Sequence record: MH550421
Source of the DNA: Enterobacteria phage T6
DNA length: 64,000 nucleotides
Strand: one strand, 5' to 3'
A program made the position numbers and the translations under genes. The notes beneath the pieces were generated by a model that worked only from the letters and a program-made list of their open reading frames with translations, did not search any database and had not been told where the DNA came from. Below are positions 49,001 to 64,000 of the stretch, piece after piece (position 1 is the stretch's first letter; each line of letters begins with the position of its first letter).

Positions 49001-49187
49001 TGAAAATAACAATTCAATATTTCAAGGTCAATTGCCGTCTGAACGACGCAAATTAATGAGTCCTTTATTTGATGCATCTGGAACAACATTTGCACAATTT
49101 AGGGATTTAGTTAATAAACGTCTAAAAGATAATATAGGAAATCCAAGAGACCCTGAAAATCCAACACAGGTTAAAATAGATGAATGA
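46089..49187 (+). CDS. 7: Baseplate wedge protein gp7
   Basis: 1032 aa; order and length as T4 gp7. Confidence 0.92.
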   Translation: MTVKAPSVTSLRISKLSANQVQVRWDDVGANFYYFVEIAETKTNSGEKLPSNQYKWINLGYTANNSFFFDDADPLTTYIIRVATAAQDFEQSDWIYTEEFETFATNAYTFQNMIEMQLANKFIQEKFTLNNSDYVNFNNDTIMAALMNESFQFSPSYVDVSSISNFIIGENEYHEIQGSIQQVCKDINRVYLMESEGILYLFERYQPVVKVSNDKGQTWKAVKLFNDRVGYPLSKTVYYQSANTTYVLGYDKIFYGRKSTDVRWSADDVRFSSQDITFAKLGDQLHLGFDVEIFATYATLPANVYRIAEAITCTDDYIYVVARDKVRYIKTSNAPIDSDPLSPTYSERLFEPDTMTITGNPKAVCYKMDSIGDKVFALIIGEVETLNANPRTSKIIDSADKGIYVLNHDEKTWKRVFGNTEEERRRIQPGYANMSTDGKLVSLSSSNFKFLSDNVVNDPETAAKYQLIGAVKYEFPREWLADKHYHMMAFIADEKSDWETFTPQPMKYYAEPFFNWSKKSNTRCWINNSNRAVVVYADLKYTKVIENIPETSPDRLVHEYWDDGDCTIVMPNVKFTGFKKYASGMLFYKASGEIISYYDFNYRVRDTVEIIWKPTGVFLKAFLQNQEHETPWSPEEEHGLADPDLRPLIGTMMPDSYLLQDSNFEAFCEAYIQYLSDGYGTQYNNLRNLIRNKYPREEHAWEYLWSEIYKRNIYLNADKRDAVARFFESRSYDFYSTKGIEASYKFLFKVLYNEEVEIEIESGAGTEYDIIVQSDSLTEDLVGQTIYTATGRCNVTYIERSYSNGKLQWTVTIHNLLGRLIAGQEVKAERLPSFEGEIIRGVKGKDLLQNNIDYINRSRSYYVMKIKSNLPSSRWKSDVIRFVHPVGFGFIAITLLTMFINVGLTLKHTETIINKYKNYKWDSGLPTEYADRVAKLTPTGEIEHDSVTGEAIYEPGPMAGVEYPLPDDYNAENNNSIFQGQLPSERRKLMSPLFDASGTTFAQFRDLVNKRLKDNIGNPRDPENPTQVKIDE

Positions 49188-50184
49188 TTCAAGTGTTATC
49201 TATCGTGCGATAGTTACTTCAAAATTTAGAACAGAAAAAATGTTGAATTTTTATAATTCAATTGGAAGTGGTCCGGATAAAAACACTATCTTTATCACAT
49301 TTGGAAGATCAGAACCGTGGTCATCAAATGAAAATGAGGTGGGCTTTGCTCCACCTTATCCTACCGATTCCGTATTAGGTGTAACTGACATGTGGACTCA
49401 TATGATGGGAACCGTGAAGGTTCTTCCATCTATGCTTGATGCAGTTATTCCTCGTAGAGATTGGGGAGATACTAGATATCCGGATCCATACACATTTAGA
49501 ATTAACGATATTGTAGTGTGTAACTCAGCTCCTTACAACGCTACTGAATCAGGCGCAGGCTGGTTAGTATATCGTTGTTTAGATGTTCCTGATACCGGAA
49601 TGTGCTCAATAGCATCTTTAACTGATAAGGATGAATGCCTTAAATTAGGCGGAAAATGGACACCTTCTGTTAGGTCAATGACTCCTCCTGAAGGTCGAGG
49701 AGATGCTGAAGGAACAATTGAACCTGGGGACGGGTATGTATGGGAATATCTTTTTGAGATTCCGCCTGATGTATCTATAAATAGATGCACGAATGAATAT
49801 ATCGTGGTTCCTTGGCCTGAGGAATTAAAAGAAGACCCGACTAGATGGGGATATGAAGATAATCTCACTTGGCAACAAGATGATTTTGGATTAATTTACC
49901 GTGTTAAGGCAAATACTATCCGTTTTAAAGCATATTTAGATTCAGTTTATTTTCCTGAGGCTGCATTGCCGGGAAATAAAGGATTTAGACAAATATCAAT
50001 AATCACGAATCCTCTTGAAGCTAAAGCTCATCCAAATGACCCAAACGTTAAAGCCGAAAAGGATTATTATGATCCGGAAGATTTAATGAGGCATTCGGGC
50101 GAAATGATTTATATGGAAAATAGGCCACCTATTATCATGGCAATGGATCAAACAGAAGAAATCAATATTCTGTTTACATTTTAA
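49180..50184 (+). CDS. 8: Baseplate wedge protein gp8
   Basis: 334 aa; order and length as T4 gp8. Confidence 0.92.
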   Translation: MNDSSVIYRAIVTSKFRTEKMLNFYNSIGSGPDKNTIFITFGRSEPWSSNENEVGFAPPYPTDSVLGVTDMWTHMMGTVKVLPSMLDAVIPRRDWGDTRYPDPYTFRINDIVVCNSAPYNATESGAGWLVYRCLDVPDTGMCSIASLTDKDECLKLGGKWTPSVRSMTPPEGRGDAEGTIEPGDGYVWEYLFEIPPDVSINRCTNEYIVVPWPEELKEDPTRWGYEDNLTWQQDDFGLIYRVKANTIRFKAYLDSVYFPEAALPGNKGFRQISIITNPLEAKAHPNDPNVKAEKDYYDPEDLMRHSGEMIYMENRPPIIMAMDQTEEINILFTF

Positions 50185-50189
50185 CTTAA

Positions 50190-50215
50190 GGGAGCCCATG
50201 GGCTCCCTTTTTCTT
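50190..50215 (+). terminator. Intrinsic terminator (GGGAGCCC-AUGGGCUCCC hairpin plus U5) after gene 8
   Basis: Plus strand gggagcccatgggctccc followed by tttttcttt. Confidence 0.65.
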
Positions 50216-50223
50216 TATAAATA
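50216..50223 (+). promoter_or_regulatory. T4 late promoter box TATAAATA (gene 9)
   Basis: TATAAATACTAT 25 nt upstream of the gp9 ATG. Confidence 0.65.
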
Positions 50224-50247
50224 CTATAAACTCATAAGGAAACCGCT

Positions 50248-51114
50248 ATGTTCATTCAAGAACCAAAGAAATTGATTGATACCGGCGAAATTGGTAACGC
50301 TTCTACTGGTGATATCTTATTCGACGGTGGTAATAAAATTAATAGTGATTTTAACGCAATTTATAATGCGTTTGGCGATCAACGTAAAATGGCAGTAGCA
50401 AATGGAACTGGAGCAGATGGCCAAATTATCCATGCTACTGGATATTATCAAAAACACTCTATTGCTGAGTATGCAACTCCAGTAAAAGTTGGCACTAGAC
50501 ATGATATTGATACCTCTACTGTAGGTGTTAAAGTTATCATTGAAAGAGGAGAACTTGGCGATTGTGTTGAATTCATTAACTCTAATGGATCAATATCAGT
50601 TACTAATCCTTTAACGATTCAGGCTATTGATTCAATTAAAGGTGTTTCAGGTAATTTGGTAGTAACTACTCCATATAGTAAAGTTACTTTACGCTGTATT
50701 TCATCTGATAATTCTACGTCGGTTTGGAATTATTCTATTGAAAGTATGTTTGGTCAAAAGGAATCACCGGTTGAAGGTACGTGGAATATTTCTACATCTG
50801 GATCAGTTGACATTCCATTGTTTCATCGCACTGAATATAACATGGCTAAATTGTTAGTTACGTGCCAATCGGTAGATGGAAGAAAAATTAAAACGGCAGA
50901 AATAAATATTCTTGTAGATACTGTTAATTCAGAGGTCATTTCTTCTGAATATGCTGTCATGCGAGTTGGGAATGAAACCGAAGAAGACGAAATCGCTAAT
51001 ATTGCATTTAGTATTAAAGAAAATTATGTAACGGCGACTATAAGTTCTTCAACTGTCGGTATGAGAGCAGCAGTTAAAGTTATCGCTACGCAGAAAATCG
51101 GGGTGGCTCAATAA
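50248..51114 (+). CDS. 9: Baseplate wedge / long-tail-fibre socket protein gp9
   Basis: 288 aa; order and length as T4 gp9. Confidence 0.92.
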   Translation: MFIQEPKKLIDTGEIGNASTGDILFDGGNKINSDFNAIYNAFGDQRKMAVANGTGADGQIIHATGYYQKHSIAEYATPVKVGTRHDIDTSTVGVKVIIERGELGDCVEFINSNGSISVTNPLTIQAIDSIKGVSGNLVVTTPYSKVTLRCISSDNSTSVWNYSIESMFGQKESPVEGTWNISTSGSVDIPLFHRTEYNMAKLLVTCQSVDGRKIKTAEINILVDTVNSEVISSEYAVMRVGNETEEDEIANIAFSIKENYVTATISSSTVGMRAAVKVIATQKIGVAQ

Positions 51115-52922
51115 TGAAACAAAATATTAATATCGGTAATGTTGTTGATGATGGTACCGGTGACTACCTGCGTAAAGGTGGTATAAAAATAAATGAAAAC
51201 TTTGATGAGCTTTATTATGAGCTTGGTGATGGAGATGTTCCATATTCAGCCGGTGCCTGGAAAACTTATGATGCTTCAACTGGCCAAACATTAAAAGCTG
51301 AGTGGGGGAAATCATACGCTATTAATACCTCTTCTGGAAGAGTAACTATAAATCTTCCAAAAGGAACTGTCAATGATTACAACAAGGTAATTAGAGCTAG
51401 AGACGTATTTGCTACATGGAACGTCAACCCAGTTACATTAGTAGCTGCTTCCGGCGATACGATTAAAGGGTCTGCAGTACCAGTTGAAATTAATGTTCAA
51501 TTTAGCGATTTAGAGTTAGTTTATTGTGCTCCAGGACGTTGGGAATATGTCAAAAATAAGCAAATTGACAAAATTACCAGTTCAGACATTAGTAATGTAG
51601 CTCGTAAAGAATTTTTAGTCGAAGTCCAAGGACAAACAGACTTTTTAGATGTTTTCCGTGGAACTAGTTATAATGTAAATAACATCAGAGTAAAACATCG
51701 TGGTAACGAATTGTATTACGGCGATGTATTTAGCGAAAACAGCGATTTTGGCTCTCCGGGCGAAAATGAAGGAGAATTAGTTCCTCTTGATGGATTTAAT
51801 ATTCGATTAAGACAGCCTTGTAATATTGGTGATACTGTTCAAATTGAAACATTTATGGATGGCGTATCACAGTGGAGAAGTTCATATACAAGACGTCAAA
51901 TTAGATTGTTAGATTCAAAATTAACGTCAAAGACTTCTTTAGAAGGAAGCATTTACGTTACTGATTTATCAACAATGAAATCAATTCCGTTTTCAGCTTT
52001 TGGATTAATTCCAGGTGAACCTATTAATCCTAATTCTCTTGAGGTACGTTTTAATGGAATTTTACAAGAATTGGCTGGAACAGTTGGAATGCCATTATTT
52101 CATTGCGTTGGTGCCGATTCAGACGATGAAGTAGAATGCTCTGTTTTAGGTGGAACTTGGGAACAGTCTCATACAGACTATTCAGTTGAAACTGATGAAA
52201 ATGGCATACCGGAAACATTGCACTTCGATAGAGTATTTGAGCATGGCGATATTATCAATATCACCTGGTTTAATAATGATTTAGGTACATTATTAACAAA
52301 AGATGAGATTATTGATGAAACTGATAATCTCTATGTATCGCAAGGACCAGGAGTAGATATTTCCGGTGATGTAAATTTAACAGACTTCGATAAAATTGGT
52401 TGGCCAAATGTAGAAGCAGTTCAATCTTATCAACGTGAATTTAATGCTGTTTCAAATATCTTTGATACGATTTATCCTATTGGAACTATATATGAAAACG
52501 CTGTTAATCCAAATAACCCTGTTACATATATGGGATTCGGCTCATGGAAATTATTTGGGCAAGGAAAAGTTTTAGTTGGATGGAATGAAGATATTTCGGA
52601 CCCTAACTTTGCTCTAAATAACAACGATTTAGATTCGGGTGGAAATCCTTCGCACACTGCGGGCGGAACAGGTGGTTCTACTTCTGTTACATTGGAAAAT
52701 GCTAATCTTCCTGCAACTGAGACAGATGAAGAAGTTCTAATAGTTGATGAAAATGGATCAGTCATTGTTGGTGGATGTCAATACGATCCAGATGAATCTG
52801 GTCCAGTTTACACGAAATACCGTGAAGCTAAAGCATCTACTAACTCTACTCACACTCCGCCAACATCAATAACTAACATTCAACCGTATATTACAGTTTA
52901 TCGTTGGATAAGGATTGCATAA
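51114..52922 (+). CDS. 10: Baseplate wedge protein gp10
   Basis: 602 aa; order and length as T4 gp10. Confidence 0.92.
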   Translation: MKQNINIGNVVDDGTGDYLRKGGIKINENFDELYYELGDGDVPYSAGAWKTYDASTGQTLKAEWGKSYAINTSSGRVTINLPKGTVNDYNKVIRARDVFATWNVNPVTLVAASGDTIKGSAVPVEINVQFSDLELVYCAPGRWEYVKNKQIDKITSSDISNVARKEFLVEVQGQTDFLDVFRGTSYNVNNIRVKHRGNELYYGDVFSENSDFGSPGENEGELVPLDGFNIRLRQPCNIGDTVQIETFMDGVSQWRSSYTRRQIRLLDSKLTSKTSLEGSIYVTDLSTMKSIPFSAFGLIPGEPINPNSLEVRFNGILQELAGTVGMPLFHCVGADSDDEVECSVLGGTWEQSHTDYSVETDENGIPETLHFDRVFEHGDIINITWFNNDLGTLLTKDEIIDETDNLYVSQGPGVDISGDVNLTDFDKIGWPNVEAVQSYQREFNAVSNIFDTIYPIGTIYENAVNPNNPVTYMGFGSWKLFGQGKVLVGWNEDISDPNFALNNNDLDSGGNPSHTAGGTGGSTSVTLENANLPATETDEEVLIVDENGSVIVGGCQYDPDESGPVYTKYREAKASTNSTHTPPTSITNIQPYITVYRWIRIA

Positions 52923-53581
52923 TGAGTTTACTTAATAATAAAGCGGGAGTCATTTCCCGCTTAGCCGATTTTCTTGGTTTTAGACCTAAAACTGGCGACA
53001 TCGATGTAATGAATCGTCAATCAGTTGGGTCAGTGACAATTTCTCAATTAGCTAAAGGATTTTATGAACCAAACGTAGAATCAGCTATTAATGATGTTCA
53101 TAATTTTTCTATAAAAGACGTTGGTACAATTATTACTAATAAAACTGGTGTTTCTCCTGAGGGCGTTTCTCAAACTGATTATTGGGCATTTTCAGGAACT
53201 GTGACAGATGATTCTCTTCCTCCTGGTTCTCCTGTTACTGTATTAGTATTTGGTCTTCCAGTTTCAGCAACAACCGGAATGACGGCAATTGAGTTTGTTG
53301 CAAAAGTTCGTGTTGCCCTTCAAGAAGCTATTGCGTCATTTACTGCTATCAACTCATATAAAGACCATCCAACAGATGGTAGTAAATTAGAAGTTACTTA
53401 TTTAGATAATCAAAAACATGTATTAAGCACATATTCTACATATGGAATAACTATTTCGCAGGAAATTATTTCTGAGTCTAAACCTGGCTATGGTACATGG
53501 AATTTATTAGGCGCACAAACTGTAACTTTAGATAATCAGCAGACTCCTACAGTATTTTATCATTTTGAGAGAACAGCATGA
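52922..53581 (+). CDS. 11: Baseplate wedge protein gp11
   Basis: 219 aa from Met [13 protein letters not shown]; the track ORF start at 52904 adds 6 residues. Confidence 0.9.
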   Translation: MSLLNNKAGVISRLADFLGFRPKTGDIDVMNRQSVGSVTISQLAKGFYEPNVESAINDVHNFSIKDVGTIITNKTGVSPEGVSQTDYWAFSGTVTDDSLPPGSPVTVLVFGLPVSATTGMTAIEFVAKVRVALQEAIASFTAINSYKDHPTDGSKLEVTYLDNQKHVLSTYSTYGITISQEIISESKPGYGTWNLLGAQTVTLDNQQTPTVFYHFERTA

Positions 53582-55161
53582 GTAATAATACATATCAACA
53601 CGTTTCTAATGAATCTCGCTATGTAAAATTTGATCCAACTGGTACAAATTTTCCGGCAGAGATTACTGATGTTCAGGCTGCTATAGCAGCCATTTCTCCT
53701 GCTGGTGTAAATGGAGTTCCTGACGCATCATCAACAACAAAGGGAATTTTATTTCTTGCCACTGAACAGGAAGTTATCGACGGAACTGATAATACCAAAG
53801 CAGTTACACCAGCAACGTTGGCAACAAGATTATCTTATCCAAACGCAACTGAAACTGTTTACGGATTAACAAGATATTCAACCAATGATGAAGCAATTGC
53901 CGGAGTTAATAATGAGTCTTCTATAACTCCTGCTAAATTTACTGTTGCCCTTAATAATGCCTTTGAAACTCGTGTTTCAACTGAATCATCAAATGGAGTT
54001 ATTAAAATTTCATCTCTACCGCAAGCATTAGCTGGCGCAGATGATACTACTGCGATGACTCCGTTAAAAACGCAGCAGTTAGCTATTAAATTAATTGCGC
54101 AAATCGCTCCTTCTGAAACCACAGCTACCGAATCGGACCAAGGCGTTGTTCAATTAGCGACAGTAGCTCAAGTTCGTCAAGGAACCTTAAGAGAAGGCTA
54201 TGCAATTTCTCCTTATACGTTAATGAATTCTACTGCTACTGAAGAATATAAAGGCGTAATTAAATTAGGAACACAATCAGAAGTTAACTCGAATAATGCT
54301 TCTGTTGCGGTTACTGGCGCAACTCTTAATGGTCGTGGTTCTACAACGTCAATGAGAGGCGTAGTTAAATTAACTACAACCGCCGGCTCACAGAGTGGAG
54401 GTGATGCTTCATCAGCACTAGCTTGGAATGCTGACGTTATCCACCAAAGAGGTGGTCAAACGATTAATGGAACACTTCGCATTAATAATACGCTCACAAT
54501 AGCTTCAGGCGGAGCAAATATTACCGGAACAGTTAACATGACTGGTGGTTATATTCAAGGTAAGCGTGTTGTAACGCAGAATGAAATAGATAGAACTATT
54601 CCTGTCGGAGCTATTATGATGTGGGCGGCTGATAGCCTTCCTAGTGATGCTTGGCGCTTCTGTCATGGCGGAACTGTTTCAGCATCAGATTGTCCATTAT
54701 ATGCTTCTAGAATTGGAACAAGATACGGCGGAAGTTCATCAAATCCTGGATTACCTGATATGCGTGGCCTTTTTGTTCGCGGCTCTGGTCGTGGCTCTCA
54801 CTTAACAAATCCAAATGTTAATGGTAATGACCAATTTGGTAAGCCTAGATTAGGTGTAGGTTGTACCGGTGGATATGTTGGCGAAGTGCAAAAACAGCAG
54901 ATGTCTTATCATAAACATGCTGGCGGATTTGGTGAGCATGATGATTCTGGAGCATTCGGTAATACCCGTAGATCAAATTTTGTTGGTACACGTAAAGGAC
55001 TTGACTGGGATAACCGTTCATACTTCACCAATGACGGATATGAAATTGACCCAGCATCACAACGAAATTCCAAATATACATTAAATCGTCCTGAATTAAT
55101 TGGAAATGAAACACGTCCATGGAACATTTCTTTAAACTACATAATTAAGGTAAAAGAATGA
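53578..55161 (+). CDS. 12: Short tail fibre protein gp12
   Basis: 527 aa; order and length as T4 gp12. Confidence 0.92.
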   Translation: MSNNTYQHVSNESRYVKFDPTGTNFPAEITDVQAAIAAISPAGVNGVPDASSTTKGILFLATEQEVIDGTDNTKAVTPATLATRLSYPNATETVYGLTRYSTNDEAIAGVNNESSITPAKFTVALNNAFETRVSTESSNGVIKISSLPQALAGADDTTAMTPLKTQQLAIKLIAQIAPSETTATESDQGVVQLATVAQVRQGTLREGYAISPYTLMNSTATEEYKGVIKLGTQSEVNSNNASVAVTGATLNGRGSTTSMRGVVKLTTTAGSQSGGDASSALAWNADVIHQRGGQTINGTLRINNTLTIASGGANITGTVNMTGGYIQGKRVVTQNEIDRTIPVGAIMMWAADSLPSDAWRFCHGGTVSASDCPLYASRIGTRYGGSSSNPGLPDMRGLFVRGSGRGSHLTNPNVNGNDQFGKPRLGVGCTGGYVGEVQKQQMSYHKHAGGFGEHDDSGAFGNTRRSNFVGTRKGLDWDNRSYFTNDGYEIDPASQRNSKYTLNRPELIGNETRPWNISLNYIIKVKE

Positions 55162-56621
55162 CAGATATTGTACTGAATGACTTACCATTCGTTGACGGCC
55201 CTCCTGCAGAGGGCCAGAGCCGCATTTCCTGGATTAAAAACGGCGAAGAAATATTAGGAGCTGACACACAGTATGGAAGTGAAGGTTCAATGAATAGACC
55301 TACAGTTTCTGTACTAAGAAATGTTGAAGTTCTTGATAAAAACATTGGAATACTCAAAACATCTTTAGAATCCGCGAATAGTGATATTAAAACAATTCAG
55401 GGCATCTTAGATGTATCTGGTGATATTGAAGCTTTGGCCCAAATAAGTATCAATAAAAAGGATATTTCTGACCTTAAAACGCTAACCAGTGAACATACAG
55501 AAATATTAAATGGAACTAATAGTACAGTTGACAGCATTCTTGCTGATATTGGTCCATTTAACTCCGAGGCCAACTCTGTATACAGAACGATCAGAAATGA
55601 TTTACTGTGGATAAAGCGTGAACTTGGACAATATACAGGCCAAGATATTAATGGTCTTCCTGTTGTAGGAAATCCTAGCACAGGAATGAAGCATCGCATT
55701 ATTAATAATACTGATGTCATCACTTCACAGGGAATACGTTTAAGCGAATTAGAAACAAAATTTATTGAATCTGATGTAGGTTCTTTAACTATTGAAGTTG
55801 GTAATCTTCGCGAAGAGCTTGGACCTAAACCACCGTCATTTTCACAAAACATCTACAGTCGTTTAAATGAAATTGACACTAAACAGACAACAGTTGAGTC
55901 TGACATTAGTGCTATTAAGACCTCAATAGGATATCCAGGAAATAATTCGATTATTACGAGTGTTAATACAAACACTGATAATATTGCATCTATTAATTTA
56001 GAGCTAAATCAAAGTGGAGGTATTAAACAGCGTTTAACCGTTATTGAAACTTCTATTGGTTCAGATGATATTCCTTCGAGTATTAAAGGCCAAATCAAAG
56101 ATAATACAACTTCAATCGAAGCTCTAAATGGAATCGTCGGTGAAAACACTTCATCTGGTTTAAGAGCGAATGTTTCGTGGTTAAACCAAATTGTTGGAAC
56201 TGATTCTAGCGGTGGACAACCTTCTCCTCCTGGGTCTCTTTTAAACCGAGTTTCTACAATTGAAACTTCTGTTTCAGGTTTGAATAACGATGTTCAAAAC
56301 CTACAAGTAGAGATTGGTAATAACAGCACAGGAATTAAAGGGCAAGTTGTAGCGTTAAATACTTTAGTAAATGGAACTAATCCAAATGGTTCAACTGTTG
56401 AAGAACGTGGATTAACCAATTCAATAAAAGCTAACGAAACCAACATTGCATCAGTTACGCAAGAAGTGAATACAGCTAAAGGCAATATATCTTCTTTACA
56501 AGGCGATGTTCAAGCTCTCCAAGAAGCCGGTTATATTCCTGAAGCTCCAAGAGATGGGCAAGCTTACGTTCGTAAAGACGGCGAATGGGTATTGCTTTCT
56601 ACCTTTTTATCACCAGCATAA
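55158..56621 (+). CDS. wac: Fibritin (whisker antigen control)
   Basis: 487 aa; long coiled-coil and C-terminal foldon [27 protein letters not shown]. Confidence 0.95.
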   Translation: MTDIVLNDLPFVDGPPAEGQSRISWIKNGEEILGADTQYGSEGSMNRPTVSVLRNVEVLDKNIGILKTSLESANSDIKTIQGILDVSGDIEALAQISINKKDISDLKTLTSEHTEILNGTNSTVDSILADIGPFNSEANSVYRTIRNDLLWIKRELGQYTGQDINGLPVVGNPSTGMKHRIINNTDVITSQGIRLSELETKFIESDVGSLTIEVGNLREELGPKPPSFSQNIYSRLNEIDTKQTTVESDISAIKTSIGYPGNNSIITSVNTNTDNIASINLELNQSGGIKQRLTVIETSIGSDDIPSSIKGQIKDNTTSIEALNGIVGENTSSGLRANVSWLNQIVGTDSSGGQPSPPGSLLNRVSTIETSVSGLNNDVQNLQVEIGNNSTGIKGQVVALNTLVNGTNPNGSTVEERGLTNSIKANETNIASVTQEVNTAKGNISSLQGDVQALQEAGYIPEAPRDGQAYVRKDGEWVLLSTFLSPA

Positions 56622-56624
56622 CAT

Positions 56625-56640
56625 GGGGCCGCAAGGCCCC
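56625..56640 (+). promoter_or_regulatory. RNA stem-loop GGGGCC-GCAA-GGCCCC after wac (weak terminator or stabiliser)
   Basis: Perfect 6-bp GC stem with tetraloop; no clear U tract. Confidence 0.45.
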
Positions 56641-56652
56641 AAAGGATTTTAA

Positions 56653-59163
<2,511 letters not shown>

Positions 59164-59204
59164 TAAATATTATAAACTAATTAAAGCCCAGATTAGGAGA
59201 AATC

Positions 59205-62342
<3,138 letters not shown>

Positions 62343-62373
62343 ATATATTAAAGCATATTAAAGAGGATTAAAA

Positions 62374-64000
62374 ATGACTTTATTATCTCCGGGCATTGAG
62401 CTCAAAGAAACTACGGTTCAAAGCACCGTGGTTAATAACTCTACTGGTACAGCAGCTTTGGCCGGTAAATTCCAGTGGGGTCCTGCTTTTCAGATTAAAC
62501 AGGTTACAAATGAAGTAGATTTAGTTAATACTTTTGGTCAACCAACCGCTGAAACTGCTGACTATTTTATGTCTGCGATGAATTTCTTGCAGTACGGAAA
62601 TGACTTACGAGTAGTTCGTGCTGTTGATAGAGATACCGCTAAAAACTCATCGCCAATTGCTGGTAATATTGAATACACAATTTCTACCCCAGGTAGTAAC
62701 TATGCGGTTGGAGATAAAATCACGGTCAAATATGTTTCAGATGATATTGAAACTGAAGGTAAAATTACCGAAGTAGATGCTGATGGAAAAATTAAGAAAA
62801 TTAATATTCCTACCGCAAAAATTATCGCTAAAGCGAAAGAAGTCGGTGAATATCCAGCACTAGGTTCTAACTGGACTGCGGAAATTTCTTCGTCTTCCTC
62901 TGGTTTAGCTGCAGTAATAACTCTTGGAAAAATTATTACTGATTCTGGTATTTTATTAGCTGAAATTGAAAATGCTGAAACTGCTATGACAGCGGTTGAC
63001 TTTCAAGCAAATCTCGAAAAATACGGAATTCCAGGAGTAGTAGCTCTTTATCCAGGCGAATTAGGCGATAAAATTGAAATTGAAATCGTATCTAAAGCTG
63101 ACTATGCAAAAGGAGCTTCTGCATTACTCCCAATTTATCCAGGCGGTGGTACTCGTGCATCTACTGCTAAAGCAGTGTTTGGATATGGACCACAAACTGA
63201 TTCACAGTACGCTATTATAGTTCGTCGTAATGATGCTATTGTTCAAAGCGTTGTTCTTTCAACTAAGCGTGGTGAAAAAGATATTTACGATAGTAACATC
63301 TATATCGATGACTTTTTCGCAAAAGGCGGCTCAGAATATATTTTTGCAACTGCACAAAACTGGCCAGAAGGCTTCTCTGGAATTTTAACTCTGTCTGGTG
63401 GATTATCATCAAATGCTGAAGTAACAGCAGGAGATTTGATGGAAGCTTGGGACTTCTTTGCTGACCGTGAATCTGTTGATGTTCAGTTGTTTATTGCGGG
63501 TTCTTGTGCCGGTGAATCTTTAGAAACAGCATCTACTGTCCAAAAACACGTCGTTTCAATTGGGGATGCTCGCCAAGATTGCTTAGTATTGTGCTCACCA
63601 CCGCGTGAAACTGTAGTTGGAATTCCTGTAACTCGTGCAGTAGATAATTTAGTTAACTGGAGAACTGCGGCAGGTTCATACACTGATAATAACTTTAATA
63701 TCAGTTCAACCTATGCAGCAATCGATGGTAACTACAAATATCAGTATGACAAATATAATGATGTGAATCGTTGGGTTCCATTAGCAGCTGATATTGCTGG
63801 TTTATGCGCAAGAACTGATAACGTATCTCAGACTTGGATGTCTCCAGCTGGTTATAATCGTGGTCAGATTCTTAACGTTATTAAACTGGCTATTGAAACT
63901 CGCCAGGCTCAGCGCGACCGTTTATACCAAGAAGCTATCAACCCAGTAACTGGTACAGGTGGTGATGGTTACGTATTGTATGGTGATAAAACAGCTACTT
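62374..64000 (+). CDS. 18: Tail sheath protein gp18, N-terminal part; gene continues beyond window end
   Basis: Hand-translated from ATG at 62374: MTLLSPGIELKETTVQSTVVNNSTGTAALAGKFQWGPAFQ...; open to the window end. Confidence 0.9.
   Translation, partial: MTLLSPGIELKETTVQSTVVNNSTGTAALAGKFQWGPAFQIKQVTNEVDLVNTFGQPTAETADYFMSAMNFLQYGNDLRVVRAVDRDTAKNSSPIAGNIEYTISTPGSNYAVGDKITVKYVSDDIETEGKITEVDADGKIKKINIPTAKIIAKAKEVGEYPALGSNWTAEISSSSSGLAAVITLGKIITDSGILLAEIENAETAMTAVDFQANLEKYGIPGVVALYPGELGDKIEIEIVSKADYAKGASALLPIYPGGGTRASTAKAVFGYGPQTDSQYAIIVRRNDAIVQSVVLSTKRGEKDIYDSNIYIDDFFAKGGSEYIFATAQNWPEGFSGILTLSGGLSSNAEVTAGDLMEAWDFFADRESVDVQLFIAGSCAGESLETASTVQKHVVSIGDARQDCLVLCSPPRETVVGIPVTRAVDNLVNWRTAAGSYTDNNFNISSTYAAIDGNYKYQYDKYNDVNRWVPLAADIAGLCARTDNVSQTWMSPAGYNRGQILNVIKLAIETRQAQRDRLYQEAINPVTGTGGDGYVLYGDKTAT

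Noticed and set aside
53859-55127. Minus-strand ORFs inside gene 12
   Set aside because: Antisense to gp12; no promoter or RBS context.

Overview
This window is a T-even (T4-like) myovirus genome segment running from the 5' part of gene 46 to the start of gene 18. Calls rest on reading the ORF translations against remembered T4 proteins and motifs; no database search was run. Positions 1-40040 are almost entirely minus-strand early genes: 46, 47, a-gt, 55, nrdH/nrdG/nrdD, 49, pin, nrdC, a long block of small or uncharacterised ORFs, rI, tk, regB, e, nudE, a tRNA/stable-RNA cluster with segB, an ip-like locus, 57B/57A, and late genes 1, 3, 2, 4. Positions 40088-64000 are plus-strand late structural genes: 53, 5, 5.4, 6-12, wac, 13-17 and partial 18. 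Eleven sigma70-type early promoters, seven TATAAATA late promoter boxes and several hairpin terminators are readable. Six free-standing homing-endonuclease genes (2 HNH, 4 GIY-YIG) punctuate the backbone. No single clearly novel system was established; the best candidates are a pol-beta-type nucleotidyltransferase / membrane protein / P-loop ATPase cluster, four tandem diverged paralogs with coiled-coil tails, a two-gene internal-protein locus with palindromic promoters, a macro-domain ORF, and an unusual tRNA set.
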